Source of the DNA: Candidatus Woesearchaeota archaeon
GTDB taxonomy: Archaea; Nanobdellota; Nanobdellia; Woesearchaeales; UBA10216
NCBI GenBank assembly: GCA_043807015.1
Contig: JAZDGJ010000043.1
Span: 1 to 48,377 of the forward strand
Direction of reading: 5' to 3'
DNA length: 48,377 nt
This document shows, in pieces, positions 1-9,334 of this stretch. The notes beneath the pieces were generated by a model, which worked only from the letters and a program-made list of their open reading frames with translations, was not told the DNA's origin and made no database searches. The translations under genes were made by a program, and so were the position numbers. Within the stretch, counting starts at the first letter, position 1. Every line of letters begins with the position of its first letter.

Positions 1-110
1 CTGTGCCCCTCTTTTTCAAGGAACGCAGCCAGGTATGCTATTCCCGCATGGGGTATGGTTGCAGTAATATATCTCCCTATGTTTGGCGGCAAAATAAGCA
101 GGACATTCAT
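1..110 (-). CDS. B12-binding radical SAM protein, N-terminal part (runs off window edge; not in ORF track)
   Basis: Hand translation from ATG at 110: MNVLLILPPNIGRYITATIPHAGIAYLAAFLEKEGH, a typical B12-binding-domain start (cf. PPLGILSIASVLEAKG in 1048-2478); TATA-like box at 135-143. Confidence 0.75.
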   Translation of the reverse strand, partial: MNVLLILPPNIGRYITATIPHAGIAYLAAFLEKEGH

Positions 111-202
111 GTTACTCCGGAAGTTTGCATTAGTAATATAAAACTTTTCATTTGGGGCGAACGAACCAAAACTTTATAAAAAGCCAGCAAAGCCCACTAG
201 CC

Positions 203-928
203 ATGGGCGATTCTGATAATTTTGTTCCCTTTGGGAAAGACCATTTTCCTAAGCTTGGCTCCTATGGGGGAATGCTGCTTCCGCTGCTCTATGTAGCATA
301 CAGCATAAGGAAAGACATCGCAGGCTACAAGGCGCTGCTGGAGCCCTTTGCAGAAATTAAAAACAATTCCCTTGCTTTTGACGAGGCAAGCACGCAGGAC
401 TTCCTGGCAACCCTTGAAAGCAGGCGGGCTTTGGAGGGGCCTGAATTTTTTGAGCTGCTTCCTGCATCTGCAGAAAAAGAGCACATATATGCATTGAGGA
501 GCATGGGCTGCAACATTACAGTCCTTAAGCTTTCTGAAGCAAGCCAGCTTGGGCTGAAGAACTACCTTGAGGCAGTTAACGGCAAGTTTGACATTACCTT
601 TTCAAATGCGCTTATGGAAGACAACTCAGGGATTTCTGATGGCGTGCATTCAAAAACCTTCAGGAGCATGGAGATGTATGCCTTATTTTCAAATATCACA
701 AAGCAGAACGGCTACAGCATCCATGCAGGCGGCAACTATGTAAGCACATTGTACAGCACGCTCCTTGACTTCCTTGGCTTCAGGATAATTAAATACTTCA
801 AGTTCGCTTCCGGCGAGAATGATTCTGTCTTGATTCTCAAGAAATACAACAGCAAGGAAACAAGCTATGAGGAATTCGATTACCTTTACCAGATGATGAA
901 GGCAAGGGATGCTTTAAGGTACAGGTAG
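203..928 (+). CDS. Hypothetical protein, possibly a diverged class I SAM-methyltransferase fold
   Basis: ORF 152-928; ATG 203 preferred because TTTATAAA lies at 173-180. KFDITFSNALME resembles the methyltransferase FDxxxS strand, but there is no clear GxG motif. Confidence 0.55.
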   Translation: MGDSDNFVPFGKDHFPKLGSYGGMLLPLLYVAYSIRKDIAGYKALLEPFAEIKNNSLAFDEASTQDFLATLESRRALEGPEFFELLPASAEKEHIYALRSMGCNITVLKLSEASQLGLKNYLEAVNGKFDITFSNALMEDNSGISDGVHSKTFRSMEMYALFSNITKQNGYSIHAGGNYVSTLYSTLLDFLGFRIIKYFKFASGENDSVLILKKYNSKETSYEEFDYLYQMMKARDALRYR

Positions 929-1047
929 CTTGGATTAAGTGCTGCAGAGTTGCCTGGTTTGCATTCATTATAAAGTTTTCATTTCTTAATGGTAGGGGGT
1001 AAGCTGAAAAAATACGATGTCTTACTGATTGCTCTTTAGAATAAGCC

Positions 1048-2478
1048 TTACATTGAGCCTGCCTCAATCGAATACTTCACATTATAGTAAATATCTTTTG
1101 GAGTAAGCGTCTTCAGTATGTTTATTATTTTGCTTGGCCTCAAGTAAAAACGCCTAAACGCCTGCTTGAATACTTTTCTCATCTCTTCCCTATCAATCAG
1201 CTTTGGAACATAGTTCAGTGTGCCTGAGTGAATACCCACATCCTGGTATTCGTTCTCAAGGAGCATGCCCCCGCTTTTTACTTCTTCATAGAGAGGCGTT
1301 CCTTCTATCGGCGTGTAGCGCGAGTATTGCACAAAATCTGTGTCAAGCTCCATTGCAAACTTAATAGTTTGTCCTATGTCGTCCAAAGTTTCCCATGGCA
1401 ATCCAATTATAAAAAGCGAGAAAGTCTGCATCTTTATCTCCTTGCACCATTTCACCACTTCCCTTACCCTTTCAAGGGTGAATCCTTTACATATTCGGTC
1501 TAGTGTCTCCTGTTTTCCAGTTTCTGGGGCGACGGCCACTAGCCACATACCTGCTTCCTTCAGCTTAAGCAAAAGCTCTTTATCGACTTTATCAACCCTT
1601 ATGCCGTTCTTGCACTGCATCTTGACTTTTATGCCGCGCTTTATGATATCTTCTGCAATATCCCATGCCCTTTGCCGGTTAAGTGTGAAGTTGTCATCTG
1701 CTATCCAGAGCTCCCTTACACCTAGTTTATTGACCTGCCATTCAATTTCATCAACGACGTTTGCAGCGCTTCTTTGCCTCCAAATGCCGCCCCGTGAGTT
1801 GCAAAATGTGCATTGCCCAGGGCATCCTCGGGATGTTATGATGCTGGAGACTGGATAAGCTTTTTTTATCGGAGTATTGTAGTTCCTTATTGGCACCTTG
1901 TCAAGTGCTGGGAACGGCAAATCATCTATGTTCATAATCACTGGTCTGGGTCCCGTATAGAATGGCTTGCCGTCTTTCTCAATCACAACTCCTTTTACAG
2001 AAGTAGGGTTTTCAGAAAGCAGGTATTCATAAATGGAATTCTCTGCTTCTCCAATGAATACGCCATCAACATGATATTCTTTAATCCAGTATTCTGCCCT
2101 TGATGGGCTCTGCGGACCTCCTATAATAATTTTTGGTTTTAGCCCTTCAGCACGGATTTCTTTTATATACTGAGCAGTGTTTTGGACGTTTGCTATGTTT
2201 ACTGAGAAGCATATTACGCCATAATCCTTGAAGTCAGGCATTTCCCTTGTGACGTGGCAGTCCACTACATCAGTTGGAATGCCTTTAGCTTCTAAAACAG
2301 AAGCAATGCTAAGGATTCCTAGCGGCGGCAGGGTGTTTAGCATGGTCTGCCTCCTGACTGGAGTCGGAAATATCATCAGCACTCTGCCAACTTTTTCGGC
2401 AAGGATTTTTTCTTCTTCTGTTGAAGTTATGTTGCCCTTTCGCTGCTTTATGGCTTCCAGATTTAGTTTTGAGTTCAT
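1048..2478 (-). CDS. B12-binding domain radical SAM protein (class B methyltransferase-like)
   Basis: TSRGCPGQCTFC (CxxxCxxC), PPLGILSIAS, IIIGGP, DDNFT, FIIGLPWET; ATG 2478 avoids overlap with the upstream gene. Confidence 0.9.
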   Translation of the reverse strand: MNSKLNLEAIKQRKGNITSTEEEKILAEKVGRVLMIFPTPVRRQTMLNTLPPLGILSIASVLEAKGIPTDVVDCHVTREMPDFKDYGVICFSVNIANVQNTAQYIKEIRAEGLKPKIIIGGPQSPSRAEYWIKEYHVDGVFIGEAENSIYEYLLSENPTSVKGVVIEKDGKPFYTGPRPVIMNIDDLPFPALDKVPIRNYNTPIKKAYPVSSIITSRGCPGQCTFCNSRGGIWRQRSAANVVDEIEWQVNKLGVRELWIADDNFTLNRQRAWDIAEDIIKRGIKVKMQCKNGIRVDKVDKELLLKLKEAGMWLVAVAPETGKQETLDRICKGFTLERVREVVKWCKEIKMQTFSLFIIGLPWETLDDIGQTIKFAMELDTDFVQYSRYTPIEGTPLYEEVKSGGMLLENEYQDVGIHSGTLNYVPKLIDREEMRKVFKQAFRRFYLRPSKIINILKTLTPKDIYYNVKYSIEAGSM

Positions 2479-2500
2479 TTTATTGCTGGCAGGAACTCTC

Positions 2501-2857
2501 TTATTTATGATTTGCCATTGGCAGTGCCAGAGGTGAATCCCGCACATAATCTGAATTGAATTTCATCGCAATCTCAGCTTTCTGCAGCTCAGATCCGAGG
2601 TATGCGGCATGCGCAAGAAGCGAAACCAATCCTTCCCTTATTATCGTGTTGTAGATTTGCTCAGCATTGATGCCTTCTATCAGGTAAATCAGCTTGTGCT
2701 TTGCATCATAATACCTTACTCTTATGAGTCCTTCTTCAGGAAAAGGCTTTATCGTGAAAAACCCTTTCGGGTCCATGGTCCATTCTTTCCTGCTGTCGTA
2801 TGATGCCGTAATCGTTTTTAGAGGCTGCTTGTCAGGAGGATTAACATAGGTTCCCAT
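2501..2857 (-). CDS. DUF4346-like protein
   Basis: DPKGFFTI ... HAAYLGSELQKAEIA ... YVRD pattern recalled as DUF4346; TATA-like box at 2880-2887. Confidence 0.7.
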   Translation of the reverse strand: MGTYVNPPDKQPLKTITASYDSRKEWTMDPKGFFTIKPFPEEGLIRVRYYDAKHKLIYLIEGINAEQIYNTIIREGLVSLLAHAAYLGSELQKAEIAMKFNSDYVRDSPLALPMANHK

Positions 2858-2897
2858 ATTTTTTTGAGGCAGTTCGCTCCTATATATGCTTTGCGGC

Positions 2898-4604
2898 TCA
2901 GCCGGCAGTGACGTTGTAGACGAATATTGTGTGCCCTATTATCTTGATTGGCTTGTAGCCATGAAGCCAGCTGTAGCAGCTCGTGTTTATGAGAAACATC
3001 CCTTTTAGATTTGGGGCGCTTACTGCCACAATGCCTTCCTGCCTGCTGCAGTTCTCGTAATATCCGGGTGGCAGGTCTTTTTTTTGCGGCGCATACTCAG
3101 GCACCCATGGCAGGAAATATGGAGTCGGAAGATATTCATATTCAAGGTAAGCTTTTGGGTTGGTTGTGCCGAAATAGCTCAGCTTCAAGGGCTCCAGGCT
3201 GTTTGCTTTGGCGTATTCTGAAAGCTCTTTGAGGTTCTGTCCCTGGTCAAGGTTGGCTGTGAGGAAATATTGGTGGCCGTTGTCGTCATTGACGAATTCG
3301 TTGAAATATGATATGTAGTTTGGAAATGCGATTATTGCACCAATCACGTACGCTGCCGTAAGTATAATCACTAGGATTTTCAGCCTTCTTAATTTTGCGA
3401 GTCTGCCTGTCAGCACAAACATGAACGGGAAAAGAGACAGCAGGTGTTGTATGCCTGAGTTTATGTTTATTATGAATATGAATGCTGCCGCAAATGCCAG
3501 GATGGGTACAAGCAGGAAGATAATTTCATCATCATTTTTCTTCCTTGACATAAAAAGCGATGCAATGCTAATGCCCACGAGTATTATGAATGCAATTGAT
3601 TCCTTTAGCAGAAAACTCTCGAGATGGAAATACCACACGCTGCCTTGATACACCACCCCATTTATGTAAGAGCTTTTGAGGCTTGTTGCAGATATGAACA
3701 TCTGGGCAGACACGCCGACGAAATAGCTTGGGAACGGCACAGGCACATTCTCAATTGCGAACAAGGCAGCATTTGAAACCTGTTCGTTTGAAGGGAGATT
3801 TTGGTGTATTATGTCCATAAAACGCTGAGGTGCTCCTGACGCAAAAGTGCCGAAGCTAAAGCCGTACACCGCCCACATTGCAATAAAGCCGATACTGAGA
3901 ATTATTCCTGAATACTTGGCAACTTTTTTGGCATCAGGCTTTGTTTTGTGCCTTAATGCATACAATATTCCGATGGCTGCATAAGCAGGAATGAGCATAA
4001 TAGCTGTAAATTTCGACGCCTGCGCTAAGCCGAAAAATATGCCAATTAGAATTGCATTTGCTGCAGATGGCTTGCTGAAAAGCTTCCAGAGGAAATAGAC
4101 ACTTATGAAGCCGAATGCTGCGGCAGAAAAGTCTGGATTTATAAGCGCAGACCAGCCGAGCACAGTCGCATTGAACGCATACATAACCAGTGCCAGCAGC
4201 CCGCCTTTATCGCCGTATAATTCCTTTGCCCATTTGAAGATTAAAAATCCCGTGAGCAATGCAAGGATTATGAAAGGAACCCTTCCCCAGAATATTGCGC
4301 TTCCGCCATCTAGCCCTGAGTTGTAAAGGAACTTGTCGGCGCATGCATAATACAGAAACTTTTGGCAGTATTCATTATCATAAGGAAATGGCGGGTTTGA
4401 AAAAAGGAGCGGGACTGCGCCAAGCTTTAATGCAAATGGCGGCTGTGCAGGCTGCATTCTGTAATCATTTGTCTTAAGCATGTAGTAGCCGCTAGTGAGG
4501 TATTCATTTTCCTCAAAAATAGCAGATTTTCTGGCTGATTCCAAAAGCAGCATGGCTGCAAATACGAGAAAGATTACCCAAAGGAGTATGTATGTTTTTT
4601 TCAT
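2898..4604 (-). CDS. GT-C fold (ArnT/PMT-like) lipid-carrier-dependent glycosyltransferase
   Basis: Multi-TM; early EENEYL..QPPFALKL loop, GLAQASKFTA, C-terminal ANLDQGQNL. Confidence 0.8.
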   Translation of the reverse strand: MKKTYILLWVIFLVFAAMLLLESARKSAIFEENEYLTSGYYMLKTNDYRMQPAQPPFALKLGAVPLLFSNPPFPYDNEYCQKFLYYACADKFLYNSGLDGGSAIFWGRVPFIILALLTGFLIFKWAKELYGDKGGLLALVMYAFNATVLGWSALINPDFSAAAFGFISVYFLWKLFSKPSAANAILIGIFFGLAQASKFTAIMLIPAYAAIGILYALRHKTKPDAKKVAKYSGIILSIGFIAMWAVYGFSFGTFASGAPQRFMDIIHQNLPSNEQVSNAALFAIENVPVPFPSYFVGVSAQMFISATSLKSSYINGVVYQGSVWYFHLESFLLKESIAFIILVGISIASLFMSRKKNDDEIIFLLVPILAFAAAFIFIININSGIQHLLSLFPFMFVLTGRLAKLRRLKILVIILTAAYVIGAIIAFPNYISYFNEFVNDDNGHQYFLTANLDQGQNLKELSEYAKANSLEPLKLSYFGTTNPKAYLEYEYLPTPYFLPWVPEYAPQKKDLPPGYYENCSRQEGIVAVSAPNLKGMFLINTSCYSWLHGYKPIKIIGHTIFVYNVTAG

Positions 4605-4611
4605 TTCAGCC

Positions 4612-5319
4612 CTAAAGGCGCCATTTCAAAGCCAGCACGTACGGCAGCATTCTTAACTCGCGCTTTATCCTGAAGCTGCTCTTCATATCCCCTTGCCAAT
4701 TCACAGGAACTTCAGCTATTTTAAGCCTCTTGCGTTGGGCTCTTAACAGCAATTCAGCGTCCCAAAACCAGCCCCTGCGAAATTTTGAATCATAGCCAAG
4801 CTCTTTAATAAGCTCCAGCAGGATTTCCTTTCTGAATGCCTTGAAACCGCACTGGTGGTCTTTCACCTTGGAGCAAAAATATATTCGCATGAAGAGATTA
4901 TACGCATAGCTTATTGCCTTTCTGAAAAATCTTCTTTCCACTCTTGTCTTTGCAGCATATCTGCTGCCTGTTGCGATGTCAAAACCTTCATTTAATTTGG
5001 CTATCAGCTCAGGCATATATTTTGGATTCACAGAAAGGTCAATGTCGCTGTAGAAAACAATCTCGCCTTTGGCCCCTTTCATGGCCAGCGCAAGATTTTC
5101 CCTTCTCGATGGGCCATTTTCGTACTTGATAAAACTTATCTCCTTAAACTCCTTAGCCAACTGCAGGCATATTTGATTGGTCCTGTCTTTTGAGGAGTCG
5201 TCGCAGATTATGATCTCAAATGGCAGCCTAAGTTTCTTTGCTTCATCGTAAACTGCCAAGGTGTTTTTCATTAGGATGTCTTCCTCATTATATACCGGCA
5301 GAAAAATACTTAGTCTCAT
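4612..5319 (-). CDS. GT2 glycosyltransferase (dolichyl-phosphate hexose synthase-like)
   Basis: LPVYNEE, CDDSSKDRT, SDIDL, DHQCGFKAF. Confidence 0.9.
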   Translation of the reverse strand: MRLSIFLPVYNEEDILMKNTLAVYDEAKKLRLPFEIIICDDSSKDRTNQICLQLAKEFKEISFIKYENGPSRRENLALAMKGAKGEIVFYSDIDLSVNPKYMPELIAKLNEGFDIATGSRYAAKTRVERRFFRKAISYAYNLFMRIYFCSKVKDHQCGFKAFRKEILLELIKELGYDSKFRRGWFWDAELLLRAQRKRLKIAEVPVNWQGDMKSSFRIKRELRMLPYVLALKWRL

Positions 5320-5358
5320 CTCTTCGCGATGCTGAATATTATTATATAAACCTTTTTA

Positions 5359-6153
5359 TCAGGCAAAAGGGCTCAATTTCTTTATTGCCACAACACCTAT
5401 ATGGGGTGGAATGACTGGAAGAAAGTTCAGACTGAATGTATTAGGCGACAAGCCAACAACTTCGAACCCTTTTGAGATAAGGTATTTCTTTATGTCATAA
5501 GGGTTTGATACATAAGTTGCATCAGCATCAGGCCCGGATGCGTTAAGCAGGGGCTTTCTATAAATGAACCTCGGCTTTGCCGCAAGCCATTTTGAAAAGG
5601 ACCATCCAATGCTCCTCACCAGCCAGCCAAATGTCTGCAACCGTGAGCTTGTGAAGCCGACATATCCCTTTGCGCTGAAAAATGCGAGAATCGGCCTTAG
5701 CGGGCTTGTTAAATTCGGCGCCACAACAATAACGCAGCCGCCCGGCTTGGTAACCCTCATTGCCTCATCAAGGTACTTTGGGACATCTGTGATGTGCTCA
5801 ATAACCCCGTAAGAAACAGCAGCATCAAAAGAGCTGTCAGGGAAAGGCAGATCAAGGGCGCTGCACACCCTGAATTTTGCGCCCTTGTAATTTTTCTTTG
5901 CATAGGCTATGAACTTCCTCGAAAGGTCAGCCCCTATCACATCATATGTTTTGGAAAAGAGGGCTGTTGAGTTGCCCCTACCGCACCCTATGTCGATTAT
6001 CTTTGAGCCCGGCTTTACAAACTTCTGCACATACTGGACATACTTTGGAAGGTAAAGGTCATCGTGGGCTGCCAGCATCTTCAGGTATGCATCTGAAGAG
6101 TTGTAAAAATCTGCCATCTCAGAACTAACGCGTTTAACTCTGTCCGAAGCCAT
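5359..6153 (-). CDS. Class I SAM-dependent methyltransferase
   Basis: IDIGCGRG, LPFPDSSFD, VIEHI, KPGG. Confidence 0.9.
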   Translation of the reverse strand: MASDRVKRVSSEMADFYNSSDAYLKMLAAHDDLYLPKYVQYVQKFVKPGSKIIDIGCGRGNSTALFSKTYDVIGADLSRKFIAYAKKNYKGAKFRVCSALDLPFPDSSFDAAVSYGVIEHITDVPKYLDEAMRVTKPGGCVIVVAPNLTSPLRPILAFFSAKGYVGFTSSRLQTFGWLVRSIGWSFSKWLAAKPRFIYRKPLLNASGPDADATYVSNPYDIKKYLISKGFEVVGLSPNTFSLNFLPVIPPHIGVVAIKKLSPFA

Positions 6154-6238
6154 AATTTTTGTGTTATAGCGGCTTATTTAAATATTTTCAGGCTTAGCAG
6201 CCATTAATTTAATAAACATCGTAATACTCCAGCCCATT

Positions 6239-6703
6239 ATGCAGAATATTGAAGGCGTTGAGGTAAAGAAACTGAATCTATTCAAGGACAACCGGGGCTC
6301 AGTTATGGAGATACTTCGCTCTGATGACGCAATTTTCGAGAAGTTCGGGCAGGTCTACATCACCACATGCAAGCCGGGCATTGCAAAGGCATGGCATTAC
6401 CACATAGGGCAGTCAGAAAGCTTTACGTGTGTAAAAGGAGTGCTCAAGCTCGTTCTTTACGACGGAAGGAAAAATTCGAAGACATACGGCAGCATTCAGG
6501 AGTTCAGGATAAGCCTTGAGAATCCCATTCTTGTGAAGATTCCTGCTTTTGTGCTGCACGGTTTTGAGTGCGGCACTAATGAGGAACTCATCGCAATAAG
6601 CATAAAGACAGAGCCTTATAACCCCAAAAACCCCGATAAGGTAAAGGTTGCTTTTAATGACCCAAGCATACCTTACAAGTGGGAGTCAAAGGAAGGCGGC
6701 TGA
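6239..6703 (+). CDS. dTDP-4-dehydrorhamnose 3,5-epimerase family (RmlC-like cupin)
   Basis: DNRG, KAWHYH, LVLYDGR..SKTYG, IPAFVLHGF. Confidence 0.85.
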   Translation: MQNIEGVEVKKLNLFKDNRGSVMEILRSDDAIFEKFGQVYITTCKPGIAKAWHYHIGQSESFTCVKGVLKLVLYDGRKNSKTYGSIQEFRISLENPILVKIPAFVLHGFECGTNEELIAISIKTEPYNPKNPDKVKVAFNDPSIPYKWESKEGG

Positions 6704-7911
6704 TGAAACCAAAAGTCCTTGTATTGGCCTCAACATTTCCCAGGTGGAAATGGGACACAGAGCCTGACTTTGTATACTGGCTTGAGGATTCCCTGTCGAT
6801 AAAATTCGACATCACAGTCCTTGCACCCCATCATCCGGGCGCAGAGCTTCACGAGAAGCTTGGAGGCCTTGATGTGAGGCGCTTCAGGTATTTTATTCCA
6901 AGGTATGAGCGCCTTTGCTACCAAGGAGGAATAAGGCCCAACATGAAAAAGAGCCTTCTTGCGAGGCTGCAGCTTCCGCTGCTTTTGCTTTCAGAATTTT
7001 TTTCTGTGAAAATGCTGATGCTTAAGCAGAGGTTTCCCCTGATTCATGCGCACTGGATACTGCCGCAGGGGCTTGTTGCAGTCATGGCAAAGAAATTGTT
7101 CCATGCCAAAGTGCTTGTCACTGTGCACGCTGGAGATGTTTTCCCCCTGAAGTCAGGGCTGCTCAGGCTTCTTTCAGCATGGACTTTGCGAAATGCAGAT
7201 GCGGTGACTGTAAACAGCATTGCAACAGGCGACGCTGTAAGACGCGTTGCGGATGTGCCCATGAGAATAATTCCCATGGGCGTTGACCTGAAGCTGTTCT
7301 CATCCAGAGGCTCAAGCATTAAGAAAAAATACGGCATAGATGGAAAGATGATACTTTTCGTAGGCAGGCTGGCAGAGAAAAAAGGCGTTTCTTACCTTAT
7401 TTCCGCGATGGTGAGCATAAAAAAGTCCTGCCCTGATTGCAAGCTGCTAATTGTTGGAGAGGGTCCTGAAAAGCCATTGCTTGAAAAGCAGATAGAAGGG
7501 CACGCGCTTAACGATTCTGTCATATTTGCAGGAAGCATGGCAAAGGAAAAGCTGCCTGCATTTTACCATTCTGCCGATGTGTTTGTTCTTCCGTCAATAA
7601 TTGCCAAAAGCGGCGACACAGAAGGGCTTGGAGTGGTGCTTCTTGAGGCAATCGCATCAGGCGTTCCTGTGGTTGCAAGCAACGTTGGCGGAATACCTGA
7701 CATTATAATCAATGGCAAAACAGGCTTGCTTGTGAAGCAAAAAAATCCGGGGGCAATTTCTGATGCAGTAATTTCTTTGCTCAGGCAGGAAAACAAGGGC
7801 AGGGCATTGTCAAAAGCAGCACTTGAGCATGTCAGGAAGAACTACTCCTGGGAAAAAGTATCTGGGCGCTTTTCTGAGATTTATTCGTCTCTTGCCCACC
7901 CAGCACTATGA
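6703..7911 (+). CDS. GT4 glycosyltransferase
   Basis: FVGRLAEKKG, EGLGVVLLEAIASG; TGATG coupling to the upstream gene. Confidence 0.92.
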   Translation: MKPKVLVLASTFPRWKWDTEPDFVYWLEDSLSIKFDITVLAPHHPGAELHEKLGGLDVRRFRYFIPRYERLCYQGGIRPNMKKSLLARLQLPLLLLSEFFSVKMLMLKQRFPLIHAHWILPQGLVAVMAKKLFHAKVLVTVHAGDVFPLKSGLLRLLSAWTLRNADAVTVNSIATGDAVRRVADVPMRIIPMGVDLKLFSSRGSSIKKKYGIDGKMILFVGRLAEKKGVSYLISAMVSIKKSCPDCKLLIVGEGPEKPLLEKQIEGHALNDSVIFAGSMAKEKLPAFYHSADVFVLPSIIAKSGDTEGLGVVLLEAIASGVPVVASNVGGIPDIIINGKTGLLVKQKNPGAISDAVISLLRQENKGRALSKAALEHVRKNYSWEKVSGRFSEIYSSLAHPAL

Positions 7912-9330
7912 AGGCTTTTGTCTTTCAAAAATACGCCTAAATCTTTCTATGTCTTTCATTCCAAGCTCTTTTGTCAGCACAAGCACGGCAACATAAGCTG
8001 CGCCCATTGCAGCATATTCAAGCGGAAGCATGAATTTGTTTGTTATGGGAATTATGCAGCTGATAAGCCACATGACCACTGTTGCCAGCGCTATCCTTAG
8101 AACTGAGACTGTTGAAACAAGTGTTTTTATTTTTACGAAGATGTAGCCCGTAGCTAGCACAAGGCTTAGCGCTCCTGCGAGAGTTGTTGCTATTGCCGCG
8201 CCCATAATGCCGTATTGGGGTATAAGCAGCAGGTTGAATGCAGCGCTTGCAGCCAGCGAAACAGTGATTATAATAGTGCTTATCTTCGGCTTTCCTATTC
8301 CGTTTATCACTGCAGCAAGCACATATGTGATTGAAAGCAGCGATGTTCCTGCAATAAGTATTACGAGCGGTTTTCCCCCGGGAGCATATTCTGAGCTGTA
8401 AAGCAGTATCAGGAAAAGCGATGCTGTGCCGCTTATCGCCGCTCCAATTGGCGCGATTATCATCAGCGCAAGCCTCATTGCTTCCCTGACAGTCTTTTGC
8501 AGCTCGTGGATGGGCTCACTTGCATGAAGCCTTGCAACTTCCGGCAGTATTGTCATCGCAAGCCCGCTGAAAAGCAGGTAAGGCAGCTTTGCGAGCGTGG
8601 ATGCCGCAGCATAATATCCTGCTTCGGCACTGGCCAGCAGTGCTTTTACGAAGAGCAGGTCAATGCTCATAACGCCTATAAAGATAGCAGCAAACAGCGT
8701 TGCAGGTATGCCGAACCTAAGCAGATTCATTGGGCTGAATTTTCCAGTGTCGCTGCCGCGAGTCATAAGCCAGCCATAGGCCATTGTAAAAAAAGATGCT
8801 GCTATCAGGCCATAAACAGCTCCTTTGATGAAGAACAGGTAGCCTAACCCAGTTAAAATAAAAAGCCTCCCTGCGCCGTATATTGCAAGCAGGACAGCCT
8901 GCCTGCCAAACATTCTTTTTCCAAGCAGGTAGCCGCTGTAGGCGCTTGTAATTGAGTAGATTATTATTCCAGGAATAAGCAGCCTGAGATATGTTGAAAG
9001 GTCAGGCTCATTGAGTATGCCTGCTATAAAAGGCGCTGCAAAAAAGAATATTATGCAGAACCCGGAGGATATTATCAGCTGGAGCTGCAGCGACTTGTTC
9101 TTTATCGTATGGGCAATTGCCTCGTTTGAGGCTATCTTTTGCGAGGTAGCCTGCATAAAGCCCGTGGTTAGCAGAAGCGTTATAAGGTTCCAGAATGCTA
9201 TGAGCACACCAAAGACGCCGTAAAGCTCAGGTCCAAAGTGCCTTCCAAGGATGAAGTTAATTACAAATCCGCTCAGGACTATAACTGCCATTGAACCGAT
9301 AATTGCCGCAGTTCCTTTGAAAAGAGACAT
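7906..9330 (-). CDS. Oligosaccharide flippase (Wzx/MOP family)
   Basis: About 14 TM segments; GPELYG, AGYYAAA, NLLLIPQYGIMGAAIAT. Confidence 0.88.
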   Translation of the reverse strand: MSLFKGTAAIIGSMAVIVLSGFVINFILGRHFGPELYGVFGVLIAFWNLITLLLTTGFMQATSQKIASNEAIAHTIKNKSLQLQLIISSGFCIIFFFAAPFIAGILNEPDLSTYLRLLIPGIIIYSITSAYSGYLLGKRMFGRQAVLLAIYGAGRLFILTGLGYLFFIKGAVYGLIAASFFTMAYGWLMTRGSDTGKFSPMNLLRFGIPATLFAAIFIGVMSIDLLFVKALLASAEAGYYAAASTLAKLPYLLFSGLAMTILPEVARLHASEPIHELQKTVREAMRLALMIIAPIGAAISGTASLFLILLYSSEYAPGGKPLVILIAGTSLLSITYVLAAVINGIGKPKISTIIITVSLAASAAFNLLLIPQYGIMGAAIATTLAGALSLVLATGYIFVKIKTLVSTVSVLRIALATVVMWLISCIIPITNKFMLPLEYAAMGAAYVAVLVLTKELGMKDIERFRRIFERQKPS

Positions 9331-9334
9331 TTTC

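Noticed and set aside
989-1039. 16-codon ORF MVGGKLKKYDVLLIAL resembling a radical SAM N-terminus
   Set aside because: Too short to support; the nearby AT-rich box fits the minus strand better
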